This document shows positions 59,128 to 64,000 of a stretch of DNA of 64,000 bases, in pieces. A program made the position numbers and the translations under genes. The stretch covers positions 64,001 through 128,000 of the forward strand of contig CAVTUQ010000012.1 in assembly GCA_963737905.1 (NCBI GenBank), in the 5' to 3' direction. Below the pieces are notes generated by a model. That model made no database searches, was not told the origin of the DNA, and worked only from the letters and a program-made list of their open reading frames with translations. The number at the start of each line of letters is the position of its first letter. The first letter of the stretch is position 1. The DNA is from an uncultured delta proteobacterium. GTDB lineage: Bacteria > Desulfobacterota > Binatia > UBA9968.

Positions 59128-59164
59128 TTCGACGTGGCCCAGGGTCGAGGTGAGCCTTGTCGAA
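59128..59164. repeat. REP-like palindrome TTCGAC...GTGAGCCTTGTCGAA
   Basis: Terminal TTCGAC/GTCGAA pair; resembles the unit at 16248-16269. Confidence 0.45.
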
Positions 59165-59170
59165 TCACGA

Positions 59171-61888
59171 CTAAAAAATTCGGGGGTGATGGCTTGGAAA
59201 TAGATTCGTCGCTAGGTGTTCTGATACCCCGTCAGCTTGCTGCAGGGTAATTCCGTCCCCGTACTGTTGGATCAACTTCGCCACCAGGGCGGTCCAGCCG
59301 GTCTGATGGCTTGCGCCGATGCCGGCGCCGTTGTCGCCGTGGAAACACTCGTAAAACGGGATGAGGTCTCGCCAATAGGGGTCAGTTTGAAACTTTCGAG
59401 TGCCGCCGAAGACAGGCCTCCGCCCGTCTTTGGCGCGCATAAAGATGCGCGTGAGTCGCTGTGAAATTTCACCTGCGACTTCCCAGAGGTTGAACATTTG
59501 GCCGGATCCTGTCGGACATTCGACCTTATAGTGGTCGCCCAGAAAGAAGTGAAACTTTTGCAGCGATTCAATGAGCAGAAAATTCACCGGGAACCAGATC
59601 GGCCCGCGCCAATTGGAGTTGCCGCCGAACAGGCCGGTGCTCGACTCCGCCGGCTCGTAATCGACCCGATATTCCATACCATCGGCCTTGAGGGTATAGG
59701 GGTGATCGTGGTGAAAGCGCGAGAGCGCGCGTATGCCGTAGGGCGAGAAGAATTCATTTTCGTCCAACATGTAATGCAGCACACGTTTCAAACGGTGCCG
59801 GTTTATCAGCGACAAAAAGCGGCGCGGACCCTCATCCGTCGATTCAGTTTCAATATAATTGCTCAGCTCAGGCCGGTTCTCCATAAACCACTGCAGGCGC
59901 CGTTTGAATCCGGGCAAGTCATCGACGATGGTCGGGTCCAATGTTTCTACCGCATAGAGCGGTATTAGCCCCACCATCGATCGCACTTTCATTGGAAAAC
60001 GTCGGCCGTCCGGCATATTTAGGACGTCGTAGTAGAAACCATCCTTGGCATTCCATAGTTCGATTCCCGCGCCGCCGAGATTATTCATTGCCTCGCAGAT
60101 GTAAACAAAGTGCTCGAAAAATTTACTGGCGACGTCTTCATAGGCAGGGTTTTCCCGAGCTAACTCCAGCGCGATGACTAGCATGTTGAGGCAGTACATC
60201 CCCATCCAGCTAGTAGCGTCGGATTGCTCGATATGGCCCCCGGTCGGAATAGGCTTGCTGCGGTCGAAGACACCGATGTTGTCCAGGCCGAGAAAACCAC
60301 CCTGAAAGACATTTCGCCCGTCGGTGTCTTTGCGATTCACCCACCAGGTGAAATTCAGCAAGAGTTTTTGAAAAATTCGTTCGAGAAATTTGCGGTCGGC
60401 CTTGCCGCGGCGTTTTTTTTCGACTTTGTAAACGCGCCATGTGGCCCAGGCGTGTACCGGCGGATTGACATCGCCTAAAGCCCACTCGTAGGCAGGCAGC
60501 TGGCCGTTGGGATGCATGTACCACTCGCGGGTCATCAAAACGAGCTGTTCCTTGGCGAAGTCCGGATCGACTAACGCCAGGGCGACGCAGTGAAAAGCCA
60601 GGTCCCAAGCCGCATACCACGGATATTCCCACTTGTCCGGCATGGAAATCACGTCGGCATTGTATAGCTGGCGCCATTCATGGTTTCGGCCCTTGAGCCT
60701 TTCACCCGGCGGTTCCGGACCCACGGGATCGCCTTTGAGCCAGCGGGTTACATCATAATGATAGAATTGCTTGCTCCAGAGCAGGCCGCCGAGCGCCTGG
60801 CGCATGATATTCTTATGATCCGGCGTTACGGCGGGGATTACCGTGCGGTAAAACTCATCGGCCTCGTCGCGACGTAAGTTGAAGATTCTTTCGAATTCTC
60901 CGTCGAGCGGTTGAATGCTCGACGGTGAAACATGGGTCAGCCGCGCCCTTACGGTAAAAGACTCTCCTGGGGCCAGGGTCTTGGTGTAATGCGCTGCTCC
61001 CTTGGTTCCTGAGGCTTCGGGGTTTACGGCTGTTCTTACCCCATGCACGAGGTAGTCGTTGATGCCGTCTTTGACATAGGGAGAGTCATTTTCCGTATTG
61101 AAAAGCCTGTTCTTGTTGGTCTCGTTTTCAGTGAACAGCAATTGCGGATTTCCCTCGCAATAAAGCCAGCGGGTGCCGTAGTAGTAGTGGTCGAGCTTGA
61201 TCGCTGCGATCTCCGCGGATATGTCGCGCCGAAGTCGCGGCTTGCGCTCGTCCAATCCCCAGGACCAGGTGTTGCGAAGCCAGAGTGTGGGCAGCAAATG
61301 CAGTTTGGCGGCCTCAGTGCCCCGGTTGATGGCTTCGATGTGTATCAAAATGTCGTCCGGGCCGCCTTTGGCATATTCGACGAAGACGTCGAAGTAGCGG
61401 TTCTCGTCGAAGATTCCCGTGTTGATCAATTCGAATTCGAGGTCTCGTTTACCCCGTTTTCGATTCTCCTCGACCAGTCGCTCATAGGGAAATTCGGCGT
61501 GAGGATATTTGTAAAGAAATTTCATGTAGGAGTGGGTCGGCGTAGAATCGAGATAGAAATAATATTCCTTGACGTCTTCGCCGTGATTGCCTTGGTTGCC
61601 GGTGAGTCCGAAGAGGCGCTCTTTGAGGATCGGATCTTCGCCGTTCCACAGAGCCAGGGCAAAGCAGATGTATTGGTGACGATCGGAGATTCCCGCTATA
61701 CCGTCTTCACCCCAACGGTACGCGCGGCTGCGGGCGTGCTCATGGGGTAGATAGTCCCAGGCGGTCCCGTGGGCGCTGTAGTCCTCACGCACGGTGCCCC
61801 ATTGGCGGTCTGATAAATAGGGCCCCCAGCGCTTCCAGTTTGCCTTGCGCTGACGATCTTCCTGTAGTCGTTGCTCTTCCTGGGTCAC
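59171..61888 (-). CDS. MGH1-like/GH63 glucosidase
   Basis: [46 protein letters not shown] and GASHQTGWT motifs. Confidence 0.93.
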   Translation of the reverse strand: MTQEEQRLQEDRQRKANWKRWGPYLSDRQWGTVREDYSAHGTAWDYLPHEHARSRAYRWGEDGIAGISDRHQYICFALALWNGEDPILKERLFGLTGNQGNHGEDVKEYYFYLDSTPTHSYMKFLYKYPHAEFPYERLVEENRKRGKRDLEFELINTGIFDENRYFDVFVEYAKGGPDDILIHIEAINRGTEAAKLHLLPTLWLRNTWSWGLDERKPRLRRDISAEIAAIKLDHYYYGTRWLYCEGNPQLLFTENETNKNRLFNTENDSPYVKDGINDYLVHGVRTAVNPEASGTKGAAHYTKTLAPGESFTVRARLTHVSPSSIQPLDGEFERIFNLRRDEADEFYRTVIPAVTPDHKNIMRQALGGLLWSKQFYHYDVTRWLKGDPVGPEPPGERLKGRNHEWRQLYNADVISMPDKWEYPWYAAWDLAFHCVALALVDPDFAKEQLVLMTREWYMHPNGQLPAYEWALGDVNPPVHAWATWRVYKVEKKRRGKADRKFLERIFQKLLLNFTWWVNRKDTDGRNVFQGGFLGLDNIGVFDRSKPIPTGGHIEQSDATSWMGMYCLNMLVIALELARENPAYEDVASKFFEHFVYICEAMNNLGGAGIELWNAKDGFYYDVLNMPDGRRFPMKVRSMVGLIPLYAVETLDPTIVDDLPGFKRRLQWFMENRPELSNYIETESTDEGPRRFLSLINRHRLKRVLHYMLDENEFFSPYGIRALSRFHHDHPYTLKADGMEYRVDYEPAESSTGLFGGNSNWRGPIWFPVNFLLIESLQKFHFFLGDHYKVECPTGSGQMFNLWEVAGEISQRLTRIFMRAKDGRRPVFGGTRKFQTDPYWRDLIPFYECFHGDNGAGIGASHQTGWTALVAKLIQQYGDGITLQQADGVSEHLATNLFPSHHPRIF

Positions 61889-62345
61889 GGTCGTGGGCTT
61901 AAACCTTCTCGCAGGCTGCTAAATTTAAGCGCTCTGGAGTTCTCTCGTCTTCGATTTTATCACATTGTCAACCTGGCGGCCCGTTTTATCAAGACGTTCT
62001 GGAAGTACGTGCGCCAATTGTTTGTGAGCAGCGCTGTGGAAAAAGCCTTCCGCCACCTTCACCGGCATCGACGCCGGAGCGCCCCAAGGAATTCGAACCG
62101 AAGTTTACCGGGAAAATCTTGATGGTTAGTTAGATGCCACGGGTTTGTGAAAAGATGCGCCTTGCATTACTGTGCGCCGGGAAAACCCGACGGCAGAACA
62201 ATTCTAGCGCAGTGGTGATTAAGATGCCCAGTCCAAAAGGGCTATTTGATCGAACGGTTTAGGACTACTGAAGGATTCCAGCGGTGATGGGTAATCGATA
62301 GACTACGGGCCCACGAAGTGTCGAACGGCCCCCGCGTCAAGCGAC

Positions 62346-63032
62346 CTATGCATCAGGCAATCGGGTGGAGGTTGCCTGTGATCCTAACCGCAGTTCAATC
62401 AGTTGGCGGAATGCTTGAACCAATGGCCGCGCTAAAATAGCGACGATGATCACAACTGCAAGAAGCCCCAAGGCAATAGGCCACACAAACATAAAAAGGG
62501 TTCGGTAAATTTGTCGTTCAACCGCATCTGCCCAGATCCCTACGTGCGCTGTTCCGAGCTGTCCGTCAAGAATTGGTTCGCGGGTTTCGTAAACGGTTTT
62601 TCCTTGCAATGTCAGCTGGCGCCGACTCGCTTGACGGCGCTGATCGAAAGTAAGCTCCTCCTGAAGGTCTGGAGAGAATGTTGGTAAGCTATGGGCAATC
62701 ACCTTCCCCTCACGGTCTTCAATGAAAACGTAGGCAACCCTGTTCAAACGAGCGTACTTTGTGACCGTTGTTTTTAACTGCAGCACATCTTTACTGGCGA
62801 GGTAACTTGCGGCTGCATCACTCAAGTTGGTGGCTATGAATACTGCGTTTTCATCCATTTGGTTCCGTAGCGCGCGTCCCACGAGCTGATTCAGGATAAG
62901 CGCAAAAAGAAGCCCAAAAACCAAAATCATAATCTTCCACTCGAAGCTTGCACCCTGCCACGAGAGACTGAGGGGACTTACCGCTTCGTTTCTTCTGCCT
63001 GCTTTTCTCAGTGCATCATATATGCTGCTCAT
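62346..63032 (-). CDS. 2-TM protein with extracytoplasmic Cache/PAS-like sensor domain and ExeB-like N-terminal motif
   Basis: MSSIYDALRKA N-terminus, TM, VAYVFIEDREGKVIAHS, PILDGQLG..HVG, TM; no output domain. Confidence 0.6.
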   Translation of the reverse strand: MSSIYDALRKAGRRNEAVSPLSLSWQGASFEWKIMILVFGLLFALILNQLVGRALRNQMDENAVFIATNLSDAAASYLASKDVLQLKTTVTKYARLNRVAYVFIEDREGKVIAHSLPTFSPDLQEELTFDQRRQASRRQLTLQGKTVYETREPILDGQLGTAHVGIWADAVERQIYRTLFMFVWPIALGLLAVVIIVAILARPLVQAFRQLIELRLGSQATSTRLPDA

Positions 63033-63066
63033 AGCCTCTCCGACGATTTAGTTATATTTCTTCCTA

Positions 63067-64000
63067 CTATCTGGCTCCGTCCGAATTGCCAACGAATGCA
63101 AGCCATTCGTTCCGTAGACCGGTTGACCAAGTTTGATGAGCCTCTTCGAGGTTTTTCAAACCATGGATTTCAACCCGATGGAGCAAAAGATCGTCTGAAA
63201 CCTTTTTGGGTGTAATCGTAACTCGATATCCCTTGTTGCTTAAGCGTCCAGCATATTCATCGGCTTCTGCTCGGCTACGAAACGATGCCACGATAAGGCG
63301 ATATGAACCATCGGGTTGTTTCCTTAGTAACGTCTCTGGAGTCAAGCGGGGAAGCAAGAGATCGCGTCCTGCGGAAACCGAATTAAGATTCTTGATTTGA
63401 GGGTTGAACTCTTTAATGAGGTCCATACCGAGGACCGCGTTAGCTCGATAGGCATCAGCGGCAATTTTGTAGACGCTGGACCCATGCGGAATGATGACTC
63501 GCTCTTCCTTCTGCTCGACCTTGACTTCTGTATTGACTTTTTCCGGGACGGCCTTCTGGTGAGCAATAAACAGAACCCATTGGTTGAGATTATACTTGGC
63601 AACTTCGAGACTTCTCCCCGCAACCGTAAGTAAGCTTTGGGGATCGATAAGGGATGCCACGGCGAAAAAAGCGAGGATTGCCAGGCAGGTCTCAATTCCA
63701 ACTCTTATTAAGCCCCTCGCGTGCTGAGGAACGTCATCTGCTGCTTGCCGAACGGGTTTTTCGCGTTTGGTCTCAGACACCCGCATAGGAGGAGCGGTTT
63801 CTGCCGCAGCGACCTGCACTTCCGATCCTAACCTAAGGTCACGGGCCACTTCTTTGATCATATCCGCAGAAACTTTTTTTTGAGACCGTGCATAGGCGCA
63901 GAGCAGGGCATTATCACAGATGATGTTCATCAACCGGGGAATCCCATTCGAATAGAAGGCGATCTGCTTGAAGGCATCGGGATGAAACAGATCCTTGCCC
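63067..64000 (-). CDS. ExeA/GspA-like AAA ATPase with C-terminal LysM-like and SPOR domains; 5' end off the window
   Basis: YSNGIPRLMNIICDNALLCAYA, a TM segment, IKEFNPQIKNLNSV..G..LLLP and VASFRSRAEA. Confidence 0.82.
   Translation of the reverse strand, partial: GKDLFHPDAFKQIAFYSNGIPRLMNIICDNALLCAYARSQKKVSADMIKEVARDLRLGSEVQVAAAETAPPMRVSETKREKPVRQAADDVPQHARGLIRVGIETCLAILAFFAVASLIDPQSLLTVAGRSLEVAKYNLNQWVLFIAHQKAVPEKVNTEVKVEQKEERVIIPHGSSVYKIAADAYRANAVLGMDLIKEFNPQIKNLNSVSAGRDLLLPRLTPETLLRKQPDGSYRLIVASFRSRAEADEYAGRLSNKGYRVTITPKKVSDDLLLHRVEIHGLKNLEEAHQTWSTGLRNEWLAFVGNSDGAR

Noticed and set aside
62070-62110. Minus-strand GGTTCGAATTCC resembling a tRNA T-loop
   Set aside because: The flanks do not form a T-stem, and no acceptor, D or anticodon arms can be folded.

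Overview
Bacterial genomic window of moderately high GC with about 58 genes. The gene mix (many stand-alone NitT/TauT-type substrate-binding proteins, amidohydrolases, LLM and acyl-CoA-dehydrogenase-fold enzymes, short-period intergenic palindromes) resembles Candidatus Binatota or related soil deltaproteobacteria. That taxonomy is inference only. No rRNA, tRNA, CRISPR array, integrase or transposase is visible. Main points: (1) a cluster at 43.4-49.6 kb with three heme-oxygenase-like diiron oxidases (HDO; PqqC/CADD fold, metal motifs present), a bicupin, an EutA-like ASKHA ATPase with no eutBC in the window, and an SBP, interleaved with MITE-like inverted repeats; (2) a glutaredoxin-like selenoprotein missed by the ORF track (1578-1811, in-frame TGA in a UxxC motif plus a SECIS-like hairpin); (3) a monoheme cytochrome c fused to a COG4313-type outer-membrane channel, next to a second channel; (4) 7-nt and 9-nt period inverted tandem repeats in many intergenic gaps; (5) a DUF4062-like fusion gene that may be defence-related, and a PIN/AbrB toxin-antitoxin pair with a palindromic operator. 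Single-base frameshifts cluster at 22-32 kb and 50-56 kb and there is a head-to-head truncation junction near 53667. These look like long-read assembly errors, so 'pseudogene' calls are provisional.
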